From: an uncultured Acidimicrobiaceae bacterium
Lineage (GTDB): Bacteria > Actinomycetota > Acidimicrobiia > Acidimicrobiales > RAAP-2
NCBI GenBank assembly: GCA_963753555.1
Contig: CAVWCV010000002.1
Span: 103,821 to 167,820 of the forward strand
DNA: 64,000 nucleotides
Direction of reading: 5' to 3'
Shown here: positions 9,320 through 19,112 of the stretch, in pieces
Position numbering within the stretch: position 1 is the stretch's first letter
Layout of the letters: each line of letters begins with the position of its first letter
The notes under the pieces: model-generated
What the model was told of the DNA's origin: nothing
Databases searched by the model: none
What the model saw: the letters and a program-made list of their open reading frames with translations, nothing else
Made by a program: the position numbers and the translations under genes

Positions 9320-10583
9320 ATGGAGGAGCGGGTCGTGGAGGACGTCGAAAGCTTCCGGCAACGGGCACGTGCGTGGTTGGCGGAGTCGATGCCCCGGCTG
9401 CCCGAGGGTGTCGACAACCGCATGCTCAGCCCAGGAAGACGAGATGGGTGAGGAGGCGAGACGGCTGCAGCGCACGCTCTTCGACGGGGGCTTCGTGGGC
9501 CTCTGCTTCCCGGTCGAGTACGGAGGCCAGGGCCTCACCCGCGCGCATCAGCGGGCCTTCACCCAGGAGTCGTTGCCCTACCGGATGCCGATCCTGTTCA
9601 ACGTGCCCACCCTCTCGATCCTCGCACCGACGATCCTCGAGTTCGGCACCGAAGAGCAGAAGCTGCGCCACCTGCCGGCGATCCTGCGGGGGGAGGAACT
9701 GTGGGTCCAGTTCCTGTCGGAGCCGAGCGGTGGCTCGGACCTCGCCGGCCTGGTCACCCAGGCCACCCGTGACGGTGACGTGTTCGTGCTGAACGGCTCG
9801 AAGATCTGGAGCTCGGGGGCCTTCCGCTCCGACTACGCGCTGTGCCTCGCCCGCACCGACCCCCATGTCCCCAAGCACCAGGGTCTGACCATGTTCATCG
9901 TCAAGATCCACCAACCCGGCATCGAGGTGGTCCGGATCAAGATGGTGAACGGCGCCTCCGAGTTCTGCCAGGAGTTCTTCGACGACGTGGCGATCCCCGC
10001 CGAGGACGTACTCGGTCAGGTCGACGACGGCTGGACCGTCGCCTCACGCCTCCTCTACCACGAGCGCGACGCCGTGGGCGGCGGGTCGCCGTACCTGAGC
10101 GGTGCGACCGTCGGGATCTCCGACCGCGCCGGCAACCGGTCCGAGTACGCGGAGCTTGCCCACGCCGCGGGACGGTCGGACGATCCGGCCGTCCGTCGCC
10201 TGGTGGCAGAGGCCAGGGTCGGTGACCGGGTGTTCCAGCAACTGACCGAGAGGGTGGCCACCGGGATCCGGACGGGTGCGCTGCCCGCGCCGGCCGGTGC
10301 CATCGCACGCCTCTTCGCCGCGACCAACTCCGAGCGGCACTTCGACGTCGGCCTCGACATCGCGGGTGCGGCGGCGGCTGCGTGGGAGGAGGGCGACCCG
10401 GGCGGTCGCCACGGAGGGCTCTTCCTGCTCCGCCAGGCCAACAGCCTGGGGGGCGGGAGCAGTGAGATGGCGCGCAACATCATCAGCGAGCGCGTGCTCG
10501 GGATGCCGCGTGAATACGCTCCCGACCGCGACCGGCCCTTCGACGAGGTCCGCCACAACACCTCGCCCGGTCGCGGGAGCTGA
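9320..10583 (+). pseudogene. acyl-CoA dehydrogenase, 1 frameshift near 9430
   Basis: The N-terminus MEERVVEDVESFRQRARAWLAESMP is in the frame of ORF 8372..9451. The remainder is in ORF 9369..10583 (GEEARRLQRTLFDGGFVGLCFPVEYGGQG...FLSEPSGGSDLAG...SSEMARNIISERVLGMP). Confidence 0.75.
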
Positions 10584-10600
10584 CCTTCGGCCAACCGACC

Positions 10601-10642
10601 GGTTCAGGCGGCTCGGTTCAGGCGGCTCGGTTCAGGCGGCTT
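10601..10642. repeat. 14-bp tandem triplication that includes a gene's stop codon
   Basis: GGTTCAGGCGGCTC occurs three times (10601-14, 10615-28, 10629-42; the last copy ends in T). The third copy carries the real stop codon and last codons (..AA*) of the amidohydrolase gene ending at 10632. Confidence 0.8.
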
Positions 10643-11834
10643 CGTCGACCTTCATCAGGCGACCGAGGTTGCCGCCCATGATCTTCGCGACGACCTCCGG
10701 CGGCAGCGCCGAGAGCTCGTCGACGAAGCTGATCGGGTCGGCCATGCCCTCGGGGTGAGGGAAGTCGCTTCCGAACAGCACCCGGTCCGCTCCGAGGAGG
10801 CCGACCAGGCCGATCGGGTCCTCCTCGTGGAAGGGGTGGACGTAGATGTTGCGCTTGAAGACCTCGACCGGGTCCTCCTCGAAGATGTGCGGCTGGGTCG
10901 TGTACGCGTGCTCCATATCGCGAAGCAACGGCCGCACCCAGTTGGAGCCGTTCTCCACCGGTGCGACGCGCAGGTCGGGGAAACGGGTGCAGAGCCCGTG
11001 ACCGATGAGGGAGGCAATCGTGTCGGTGATCGGCCGGCTCTGGTGGCCGACGATCGCCATGAACCCCGACACTCCCTTGAAGGGCGTCATCTCGGTGTCG
11101 GCCACGCCTTCCCATTCGTTCATGTAGCGCTGGTACCCGCTGTCGGACGCGTGCATCCCGACCGGGATGCCGGCGTCGACGACCGCCTCCCAGAAAGGGT
11201 CGAACTCGGGCAGCGCCATCGAACGCGGGCCCATGAAGCCCGGCACCGGGGCGGGCCGGATCAGCAGGATGCGTGCGCCGCGCTCGAGCACCCACTCGAG
11301 CTCCTTGATCGCTTCGTCCAGGATCCCCAGATGGATGACCGGGGTCGGGAAGATCCGGTTCTCGTAGTTGAAGGTCCAGTGCTCGTGCATCCACTGGTTG
11401 AGGGCGTGAACGACGGCGTGGGTCGCGGGCGGGTCTCCCCGCAGGCGCTCCTCGAGCAGGCTGGCAAGGGTCGGCCACATGAGGGCGCGGTCGATGCCGA
11501 GCTCGTCCATCAGCTGCAGACGCGGCTCGGGGTCGTGGAAGGCGGGGAGCGAGCGTATGGGCTTGCCCATGATCTCGCGGCGCGACTTGCCCTCCGGGTT
11601 GCCGTGCCTGAAGTACTCCTCCTGGGCACCGGGTGCCGCGACCACCTCGAAAGTGGGGTTCGGGATGTAGTCGCTGATCAGACCTTTGACCGCGATCTTG
11701 GTGCGTCCGTCGACCTGGACATAGCGGATCAAGCCGGCGTACCGGTCTGGGAGGAACTTGGTGAAGGCATCCGTCGTCTCGTACATGTGGTTGTCCGCGT
11801 CGAACACCGGAAAATCCAACTTCCGCCTGGCCAT
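10632..11834 (-). CDS. amidohydrolase family protein (amidohydrolase-2 / ACMSD-like)
   Basis: ORF 10632..11918(-), trimmed to the ATG at 11834 (MARRKLDFPVFDADNHMYE...). Intact, and ends ...FGSDFPHPEG.... Confidence 0.8.
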   Translation of the reverse strand: MARRKLDFPVFDADNHMYETTDAFTKFLPDRYAGLIRYVQVDGRTKIAVKGLISDYIPNPTFEVVAAPGAQEEYFRHGNPEGKSRREIMGKPIRSLPAFHDPEPRLQLMDELGIDRALMWPTLASLLEERLRGDPPATHAVVHALNQWMHEHWTFNYENRIFPTPVIHLGILDEAIKELEWVLERGARILLIRPAPVPGFMGPRSMALPEFDPFWEAVVDAGIPVGMHASDSGYQRYMNEWEGVADTEMTPFKGVSGFMAIVGHQSRPITDTIASLIGHGLCTRFPDLRVAPVENGSNWVRPLLRDMEHAYTTQPHIFEEDPVEVFKRNIYVHPFHEEDPIGLVGLLGADRVLFGSDFPHPEGMADPISFVDELSALPPEVVAKIMGGNLGRLMKVDEAA

Positions 11835-12164
11835 GGCGACCTCCTTGCGTCGTGCGCCGTTGCCACGTGCGCCCCGGGCCGGTCGGGTCCGGCGGCAGTG
11901 GGCTTCCGAGCGACGCACCGCTGCTCTGCGGTGCTGCTCGCCACACCCCCGTCGATCCCGCCGGTTTCCGCATCCACGCTAACAGTCCGGGCCTGCGGCC
12001 GCGAACAGCGCCTGCGCTACCATTCGGGCGTGCAGGTGATCGTGGACGGGGGACGGCGCGGCCCGACGACGGCCCCGGTGCCGCGCGCTGGCGCTGAGCG
12101 CGTGCGGGACGTCGGGATTTCCGGCGATGCGTCCTGTGCGACCCCACTCGTCGTCACCGGGCTG

Positions 12165-13691
12165 ATGGCCCTCGGCCAGGGTGCGGTGAACAACGCGGGC
12201 GACGGTGTTCCCTACGGCACCAGGATCGGACAGGTCGCCGATCAGCGCGGCGGCGCCATCGCGGTGGTCTTCGCAGCCGAGGACGGATCCGAGCGCGCCA
12301 TCCCCTGGAACGAGCTCGACGTGAGGTCGACCCAGCTGGCGCACGTCTTCGCGGCACGGGGCCTCGGCCTCGGGGACCATCTCGCGGTCTGTCTCCGCAA
12401 TTCGCCCGAACACCTGTTGTCCTGTTTCGCCGGGTGGAAGGTGGGCGCCACCGTCGTCCCCATGCGCTGGGACCTGCCCGCATGGGAGCTGGAGCGGCTC
12501 CATCAGGTCCTCGATCCCACGCTGGTCGTCGACCCCCAACACCTCGAGCTGTTCGAAGAGGCACGCACTGCCCCCGACACGCGGCTTCCCGAAGTCACCT
12601 CGCCGCGGGGCTACGGCGTGTGCAGTTCCGGCTCGACGGGCGCGCCCAAGGTCATCGTCCAGAAGAACCCGGCGGTCTTCTACCCGTCGCTCAGCCCGAC
12701 GTCATCGGTGGTGGCCTCGTTCGGGCCCATGGAGCCGGACCAGCGGATCCTCTGCCCGGCTCCGCTGTACCACACGAACGGGTTCACCGCGTTCCGCAAC
12801 TTGCTGACGGGCGATCCCATCGTCCTCATGGAGCGGTTCAACGCGGCCCTCGCGCTCGATCTCATCGAGCGCCACCGGATCACCGGCTTCATCGCCGCGA
12901 CGCCCATGCTGCAGCGCATCGCACAGGTGTCCGGCGTCGAGGAGCGCGACCTGTCGAGCCTGACCTGGGTGCAGCAGGGTGCGGCCCCTCTTCCGATCTG
13001 GCTCGGCCGCTTCTGGACGTCGCTCATCGGGCCGGAGCGCTTCTACATGTCCTACGGTGCATCGGAGACCATCGGTATCGTGGTCTGCCGCGGCGACCAG
13101 TGGCTCGCGCATCCCGGGACCCTCGGGAAAGGCATGGGTGACACCGAGATCCGCGTGCTCGGCCCCGACGGCGAGCGACTCGGCTCGGGCGAAGTGGGCA
13201 CGATCTTCCTCCGCCAGCCGACAGGTCCGCTCGCGACCTATCTCGGGAACGATGTGCCGCCGATGGAGTCGACAGAGGACGGCTTCACCTCGGTGGGGGA
13301 CATGGGTTGGCTCGACGAGGACGGCTTCCTCTACATGGCGGATCGTCGCGTGGACATGATCGTGACCGGCGGCGTCAACGTGTTCCCGGCCGAGGTGGAG
13401 GCGGCGCTGAGCGGGCATCCGGGCGTCGCGGACGTCGTGGTGATCGGGCTCCGTGACAGCGAGTGGGGGCGGCGGGTACACGCGATCGTCCAACGGTCGG
13501 ACCCGTCCCTCGACGAGTCCGCTGTCGTCACGTTCGCAAAGGACCGCCTGGCTCCCTACAAGGTGCCGAAGACCGTCGAGTTCGTCGACCTCATCCCGCG
13601 CAGCGAAGCGATGAAATTCAACCGTGCCGCCCTGGTCGCGGAGCGGGAAGCGCCGGAGATGGCCGAAGGGACGTCGCTTCCCACGTCGTGA
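12165..13691 (+). CDS. acyl-CoA synthetase / AMP-dependent ligase
   Basis: This is the C-terminal 508 codons of ORF 10755..13691(+). The 5' part of that ORF is antisense to the amidohydrolase and looks non-coding. Motifs present: SSGSTGAPK, YGASET, GDMGWLDEDGFLYMADR, and PYKVPK. The ATG at 12165 is only approximate as the start. Confidence 0.75.
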   Translation: MALGQGAVNNAGDGVPYGTRIGQVADQRGGAIAVVFAAEDGSERAIPWNELDVRSTQLAHVFAARGLGLGDHLAVCLRNSPEHLLSCFAGWKVGATVVPMRWDLPAWELERLHQVLDPTLVVDPQHLELFEEARTAPDTRLPEVTSPRGYGVCSSGSTGAPKVIVQKNPAVFYPSLSPTSSVVASFGPMEPDQRILCPAPLYHTNGFTAFRNLLTGDPIVLMERFNAALALDLIERHRITGFIAATPMLQRIAQVSGVEERDLSSLTWVQQGAAPLPIWLGRFWTSLIGPERFYMSYGASETIGIVVCRGDQWLAHPGTLGKGMGDTEIRVLGPDGERLGSGEVGTIFLRQPTGPLATYLGNDVPPMESTEDGFTSVGDMGWLDEDGFLYMADRRVDMIVTGGVNVFPAEVEAALSGHPGVADVVVIGLRDSEWGRRVHAIVQRSDPSLDESAVVTFAKDRLAPYKVPKTVEFVDLIPRSEAMKFNRAALVAEREAPEMAEGTSLPTS

Positions 13692-13865
13692 CAGGGAGGC
13701 CCGATCCAGGCCCTGCGACCGAGGTATAGCGTGGCGAGGCCGATCCGCGACGGCGAGCCGCAGCGGCCAACCGCACGGGCCAGCCGCAGCAGCGGGGACC
13801 GGCACTGCTCGGGAGCGAGCGAACGGCATCAGGGACCGTCAGAGCACAAGAGGAGTGATCGGGAC

Positions 13866-14796
13866 ATGCCCGAAGGCAATCACACCGGCAAATACGTCAG
13901 CTACGAGGAGCTGGACGGGGGCACGATCGCGCGCATCATGCTCAACCGGCCGGAGACCCGCAACGCACAGAACCGCGGTCTCCTGGTCGAGCTGGACGAG
14001 GCGTTCCGTCGGGCCGAGGAGGACGACACGGTCCGTGTGGTGATCCTCGGCGGGGTGGGACCGCTCTTCTCGTCCGGCCACGACATGGGCTCGAAGGAGG
14101 CCGCCGCCGAGCGGCTGCCGGGCCCGGACCAGCACCGGACGGCGACCATCGACGGAGCGACCCGGAAGGGTGCGGAGGCGCGCATGCTCCAAGAATGGCA
14201 CTACTACTTCCACAACACCCTCCGGTGGCGGAACCTCCGCAAGATCACGGTTGCCCAGGTCCAAGGGACCGTCTACGCCGCCGGCCTGATGCTGATGTGG
14301 GCGTGCGACCTGATAGTCGGGGCCGACAACGTGTACTTCGCAGACGTCGTCGGCACCCGGCTCGGCATGTGTGGGGTGGAGTACTTCGGCCACCCGTGGG
14401 AGTTCGGCCCGCGGCGGACGAAGGAGCTGATGCTGACCGGTGACGCGATCGACGTCCACGAGGCGCACCGCCTGGGGATGGTGTCCAAGGTGTTCCCGGC
14501 GGACGAGCTCGGCGAACGGACGCTCGAGTATCGCGCGCCGGATCGCGCAGCTTCCGACGATGACCGCGCTGTTGATCAAGGAGTCGGTCAACCAGACCGT
14601 CGACAATATGGGCTTTTACAACGCGCTCCAGGCCTGTTTCACGCTCCACCAGCTGAACCACTCGCACTGGGCAGAGATCCACGAGACCAAGTGGCCCGTC
14701 GCGGAGCCCGGCGACGGGATCGCCAGCTGGCGCGAGGCACCGCCGGTCAGGTTGGCCGTCGAGGATGCGGTCGAAGGTCCTGTGCCGGCGAAGTGA
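13866..14796 (+). pseudogene. enoyl-CoA hydratase, 1 frameshift near 14530
   Basis: MPEGNHTGKYVSYEELDGGTIARIMLNRPETRNAQN...FSSGHDMG...AQVQGTVYAAGLMLMWACDL is in the frame of ORF 13731. The tail RRIAQLPTMTALLIKESVNQTVDNMGF... is in ORF 14440..14796. Confidence 0.75.
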
Positions 14797-14821
14797 GCGG
14801 CTGCGTCCCGAACGCCACACC

Positions 14822-16372
14822 GTGAGGTTGCGGACCACCTATCACCAGCCGGAGTCGGCGCGCTACCGGGCCCCCGGGGGTGCGTGGGACGTCGCGACGC
14901 TCGACGGACTGCTGTCGTCGCGGCGACCGGCCGATCGCACCGCGGTCGTCGACGGTCCCGTCGAGCTCACCGCGGGCGAGCTGGAGCGGGTGGTGGGCTC
15001 GCTGGCCGGCGGAATGCGCGCGCGCGGCGTACGCCGCGGCTCGGTGGTGACCTGGCAACTTCCCAACTGGTGGGAGGCAGTCGTGCTCTTCCGGGCCTGC
15101 TGGCGGTGCGGGGCGGTGGCCGCACCCATCCATCACCAGGTGGGTCCTGCCGAGGTCGGACGGATGTTGGACGAGCTCCGACCCTCCCTCGCCCTCGCTG
15201 CACCGGGGCTCGCGCTCGGGGACCTGACCGACGCGATGCCCGTCAGGGGGCCGGGCCATCGGTTCGACGAGCTGCTCGCCGCACCGTCACTCCTCGAGGG
15301 GGCGGGTCGGGGCTCGGACCTCGCGGTGGTGCTCTTCACGTCGGGCTCCACCGGTAGCCCCAAAGCGGTCCTCCACTCCCATCGTGGTCTCGCCTACAAG
15401 TCGTGCAGCATGGTCCGTGCGCACGGTCTCGGTCCCGACGACGTCGCACTCATGCCGTCGCCCCTCGCCCACGTCTCGGGCCTCTTGAACTCCGTGCTCG
15501 TCCCGGGCACCGCGGGCATGAAGGCCGTGCTGATGGAGAAGTGGGACGCGGAGCGGGGCGTCGCCCTCGCCGGCCGCCACGGGGTGAGCTTCATGATCGG
15601 GCCGCCGACCCTCTTCCTCGGGATGATGGACGTCCCCGGTTACGCCTCGAGCATCGAGCGGCTGCGTGTGGTCTCCTGCGGTTCGACGGGCGTCACCCCG
15701 GAGTTCGTCGAGACGGCTCGCGAGGCGCTGGGCGCGGGCGTCAAGCGCACCTACGGGTCCACCGAGGCGCCGACGATCACCACGAGCTCATGGCAGGACC
15801 CTCCCGAGCGTGCACGCGACACCGACGGACACTCGGTGGGGGATGCCGTCGTCAAGATCGTCGATCCGGTGACCGGCCGCCGGCTTCCGCCCGGCCGACG
15901 CGGCGAAGTGCTCCTGCGAGGCCCCGAGCTCTTCGTCGGCTACGGGGACCCGGCACAGACGAAAGCGGCGGTGCGGCGTGGCTGGTTCACCACGGGCGAC
16001 CTCGGCATGCTCGACGACGAGGGATGGCTCACCATCGTCGGGAGGCTGAAAGAGCTGATCATCCGCGGGGGCGAGAACATCGCCTCGGCGGAGGTCGAGC
16101 GGCTGCTCGAACGGCATCCCGACATCCGGCAGGCGGTCGTGGTCGGCTGTCCGGACGAGCGCCTGGGAGAACGTGTCGCAGCTTTCGTCGTCGGCTCAGC
16201 GGACGTCGACGTCGAGGAGTGCGGGCGATGGTTCGCCTCGCTCGGCGTCGCGCGGTTCAAGACGCCCGAGGTGATCGTGCACCTCGACGAAGTGCCGTTG
16301 CTCGGGGTCGGCAAGCCAGATCGGTCGCTGCTGCGGACGAGGGCGGCGGAGCTGGCCGGCGCCGGTTCCTGA
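14822..16372 (+). CDS. acyl-CoA synthetase / AMP-dependent ligase
   Basis: ORF 14765..16372(+). The GTG at 14822 is chosen as start because it lies downstream of the previous stop. Motifs present: TSGSTGSPK, YGSTE, GDLGMLDDEGWLTIVGRLKE, and FKTPE. Confidence 0.8.
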   Translation: MRLRTTYHQPESARYRAPGGAWDVATLDGLLSSRRPADRTAVVDGPVELTAGELERVVGSLAGGMRARGVRRGSVVTWQLPNWWEAVVLFRACWRCGAVAAPIHHQVGPAEVGRMLDELRPSLALAAPGLALGDLTDAMPVRGPGHRFDELLAAPSLLEGAGRGSDLAVVLFTSGSTGSPKAVLHSHRGLAYKSCSMVRAHGLGPDDVALMPSPLAHVSGLLNSVLVPGTAGMKAVLMEKWDAERGVALAGRHGVSFMIGPPTLFLGMMDVPGYASSIERLRVVSCGSTGVTPEFVETAREALGAGVKRTYGSTEAPTITTSSWQDPPERARDTDGHSVGDAVVKIVDPVTGRRLPPGRRGEVLLRGPELFVGYGDPAQTKAAVRRGWFTTGDLGMLDDEGWLTIVGRLKELIIRGGENIASAEVERLLERHPDIRQAVVVGCPDERLGERVAAFVVGSADVDVEECGRWFASLGVARFKTPEVIVHLDEVPLLGVGKPDRSLLRTRAAELAGAGS

Positions 16373-16389
16373 GGGGAAGGAGGATCGCC

Positions 16390-17880
16390 GTGGGATCGGG
16401 CATCGTGTCGTGGGGGGTCTACCTGCCGTACTGGCGGCTCGATCGTCGGGCGATCGCGCAGGCCACGGGCTTGTCCGCGGGTCGAGGCCTGCGCTCGGTG
16501 GCCTCCTACGACGAGGACACCACCTCGATGGGGGTGGAGGCCGCCCGGCGGGCGCTCGCGCCGTCGGGGGTTCCCGACCCGGTCGCGCTCTATTACTCGA
16601 CGCCCGCCCCGGCCTACCTCGACAAGACAAACGCGGCCACGGTGCACGCGGGTGTCGGCCTCAGTCCCGAGCGCGGCGCGTACGACCTGTGCGGCTCGCC
16701 GAGGTCGGCTTGGGCCGCCACACAGCTCGCCGCCATGGCCGGCCGCCACGCCCCGGCGATGGCCGTCGTGTCCGACCTGCGGACCGGGCTTCCGGGCAGT
16801 GCCGACGAGAGTCAAGGCGGTGACGGAGCGGTGGCGTTCGTCTTCGCTCCCGAGGGCGGTGTCGCGGAGCTTCTCGGCCAGTCGTCGGCCACCGACGAGT
16901 TCCTCGACCGGTGGAGGGTTCCGGGCGAGACAGGGTCGAGGCAGTGGGAGGACCGCTTCGGCGAAGAGGCCTACCTCCCGCTCGCGCGCGGCGCCCTCGC
17001 GCGTGCGCTGTCGGACGCGGAACTCGACGCGGGTGCGATCGACCACCTGATCGTGGCAGGGCTCCATACCCGCGCCGTCGCCACGCTCAAGCGGACGCTC
17101 GGGGTCGCGTCCGACCGGGTGGTACCCGACCACAGCGAGCTGGTGGGTAACCTCGGAGCCGCCCAGGCGGCGTTCGGGCTCGCCGACGTGCTCGAACGGG
17201 CCGTTCCCGGCGAGGTCATCGCGGTGGTATCGGTCGCCGACGGCGCCGATGCCATCGTGCTGCGGACGACCGATGCCCTTCCCTCGGTCCAGGCGCGTCG
17301 CCGTGCCGCATCCCTCCCGCCGGTGGGGGAGCAGGTCATCGCCGGTCGGGGCGATCTCTCCTACGTGAGCTTCCTGACCTGGCGGGGGATCCTGCGGCGC
17401 GAACCGCCGCGTCGACCCGACCCCGAACGTCCGGACGCTCCGGCCATGTGGCGTTCGGAGGGCTGGAAGTTCGGGTTCACCGCCAGCAGGTGCGAGGTCT
17501 GCGGTTTCCGTCACCTGCCCCCGACGCGGGTCTGCCTCTCGTGCCATTCGATCGACCGGATGTCACCCGAGAGGATGGCCGACCTGCGGGGGACCGTGGC
17601 GACCTACACCATCGATCGCCTGGCCTTCAGCCTCTCGCCGCCGATCGTGGGTGCCGTCATCGATTTCGACGGTGGCGGCCGATATCGCGGCGAGATGACC
17701 GACGTGGACCCCGACTCGGTCGAAGTGGGTACACGGGTCGAGATGACCTTCCGGCGCCTGTACAGCGCCGAAGGTGTACACAATTATTTCTGGAAGGCCC
17801 GCCCGGTCGCCGATGTGACCGAGGCGGGACCTCCTGGCACCGCGAAGGCGGCCGCCGCCTCCGCGAAGGGAGACCATTGA
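16390..17880 (+). CDS. HMG-CoA-synthase-like (thiolase-fold) domain fused to a DUF35 zinc-ribbon/OB-fold domain
   Basis: This is the 3' part of ORF 15403..17880(+). A GTG at 16390 is preceded by GGAAGGAGG. The N-terminal domain reads GIVSWGVYLPYWRLDR...YDEDTTSMGVEAARRAL...DLCGSPRS. The C-terminal domain carries CEVCGFRHLPPTRVCLSCHS followed by an OB-like segment. Confidence 0.7.
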   Translation: MGSGIVSWGVYLPYWRLDRRAIAQATGLSAGRGLRSVASYDEDTTSMGVEAARRALAPSGVPDPVALYYSTPAPAYLDKTNAATVHAGVGLSPERGAYDLCGSPRSAWAATQLAAMAGRHAPAMAVVSDLRTGLPGSADESQGGDGAVAFVFAPEGGVAELLGQSSATDEFLDRWRVPGETGSRQWEDRFGEEAYLPLARGALARALSDAELDAGAIDHLIVAGLHTRAVATLKRTLGVASDRVVPDHSELVGNLGAAQAAFGLADVLERAVPGEVIAVVSVADGADAIVLRTTDALPSVQARRRAASLPPVGEQVIAGRGDLSYVSFLTWRGILRREPPRRPDPERPDAPAMWRSEGWKFGFTASRCEVCGFRHLPPTRVCLSCHSIDRMSPERMADLRGTVATYTIDRLAFSLSPPIVGAVIDFDGGGRYRGEMTDVDPDSVEVGTRVEMTFRRLYSAEGVHNYFWKARPVADVTEAGPPGTAKAAAASAKGDH

Positions 17881-17881
17881 G

Positions 17882-19084
17882 ATGACGAGCGTGGGAATTC
17901 GTGACCGGGTGGCGATCGTCGGCATGGGATGTACGGCGTTCGGGGAGCTCTGGGACAAGGGCGTCGACGACCTGCTCACCGATGCGGCGGTCGACGCGGT
18001 GGGCTCGGCGGGCGTGACGATCGAGGACGTGGACGCGTTCTGGCTCGGCACCATGAACTCGGGAAAGTCCGGGATCACCCTCTCCCGGCCGCTCAAGATC
18101 GGCTACAAGCCCGTCTCTCGTGTCGAGAACTTCTGTGCCACTGGGTCGGAGTCGTTCCGCAACGCCTGCTATGCGGTTGCGTCGGGGGCCTACGACCTCG
18201 TGCTCGCCATCGGCGTCGAGAAGCTGAAGGACTCGGGGTACTCGGGCCTGACGGGGATCCGCCTGGTCGGAGACGGGACGAACGCCGCACTGAGCTCGCC
18301 GGCAGCCTTCTCCTTCCTCGTTCCTGCTTACTGCCACAAGTACGGGGTCGATCCCGAGGAGATGGGAGCGGTCCTCAACCGCATCGCGTGGAAGAACCAC
18401 CGGAACGGGGCGGTGAACCCCCGCGCGCAGTTCCAAAAGGAGGTCTCCCTCGAGAAGATCGCGGCGTCGCCGCGGGTCGCCGGCCAGCTGGGGGTCTTCG
18501 ACTGCAGCGGCGTCAGTGACGGCGCCGCCGCCGCCGTGCTGTGCCGAGCGGAGGATGCACACCGCTACACCGACTCGCCCCTCTACGTGAAGGGCCTGGC
18601 GATGGTGGCCGGACCGGCCGCTGGGGCGATCGATCCCGACTACGACTACACGACCTTCGAGGAGGTGGTGCGCTCGGCGGCCGACGCGTACGCCCAGGCC
18701 GGCATCAGCGATCCTCGCGGACAGCTGGCGATGGCCGAGGTGCACGACTGCTTCACCCCGACCGAGCTCGTGCTGATGGAAGACCTCGGCTTCGCCGAGC
18801 GGGGCTCGGCGTGGAAGGAGGTGATGGCCGGCACATTCGACCGCGACGGCGAGCTGCCGGTCAACCCCGACGGCGGCTTGAAGAGCTTCGGGCACCCGAT
18901 CGGCGCCACCGGACTGCGCATGCTCTACGAGTGCTGGCTCCAGCTGCGGGGTCAGGCACCTCCCGGGCGACAGATCGCGACGGTGAGCGAGGGTCGCACG
19001 CTCGGCCTCACCCACAATCTCGGTGGCGCGCCGGGAGAGTGCGTGAGCTTCGTGGGCGTGGTGGGCACCGAGCCGTCGGCATGA
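17882..19084 (+). CDS. thiolase-like protein, SCPx/lipid-transfer (Ltp) type
   Basis: ORF 17882..19084(+), starting 1 nt after the upstream stop. Motifs present: VAIVGMGCTAFGE, the active-site region ENFCATGSESFRNA, and C-terminal NLGGAPGE. Confidence 0.8.
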   Translation: MTSVGIRDRVAIVGMGCTAFGELWDKGVDDLLTDAAVDAVGSAGVTIEDVDAFWLGTMNSGKSGITLSRPLKIGYKPVSRVENFCATGSESFRNACYAVASGAYDLVLAIGVEKLKDSGYSGLTGIRLVGDGTNAALSSPAAFSFLVPAYCHKYGVDPEEMGAVLNRIAWKNHRNGAVNPRAQFQKEVSLEKIAASPRVAGQLGVFDCSGVSDGAAAAVLCRAEDAHRYTDSPLYVKGLAMVAGPAAGAIDPDYDYTTFEEVVRSAADAYAQAGISDPRGQLAMAEVHDCFTPTELVLMEDLGFAERGSAWKEVMAGTFDRDGELPVNPDGGLKSFGHPIGATGLRMLYECWLQLRGQAPPGRQIATVSEGRTLGLTHNLGGAPGECVSFVGVVGTEPSA

Positions 19085-19112
19085 CGTCGGCTCCCGCGGA
19101 AGGGCGGAGTCG

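Noticed and set aside
10755-12164. The N-terminal 470 codons of ORF 10755..13691(+).
   Set aside because: This part is antisense to the intact amidohydrolase (10632-11834) and has no motifs. Only the part from about 12165 shows acyl-CoA synthetase motifs, so the gene was trimmed.
15403-16389. The N-terminal 329 codons of ORF 15403..17880(+), and the similar long overlapping ORFs 15940..17547(-), 17657..19294(-) and 57956..59836(-).
   Set aside because: They overlap well-supported genes in other frames or on the other strand. Their translations are Arg/Pro/Gly-rich without motifs. A GTG at 16390 with a strong Shine-Dalgarno sequence gives the real start.
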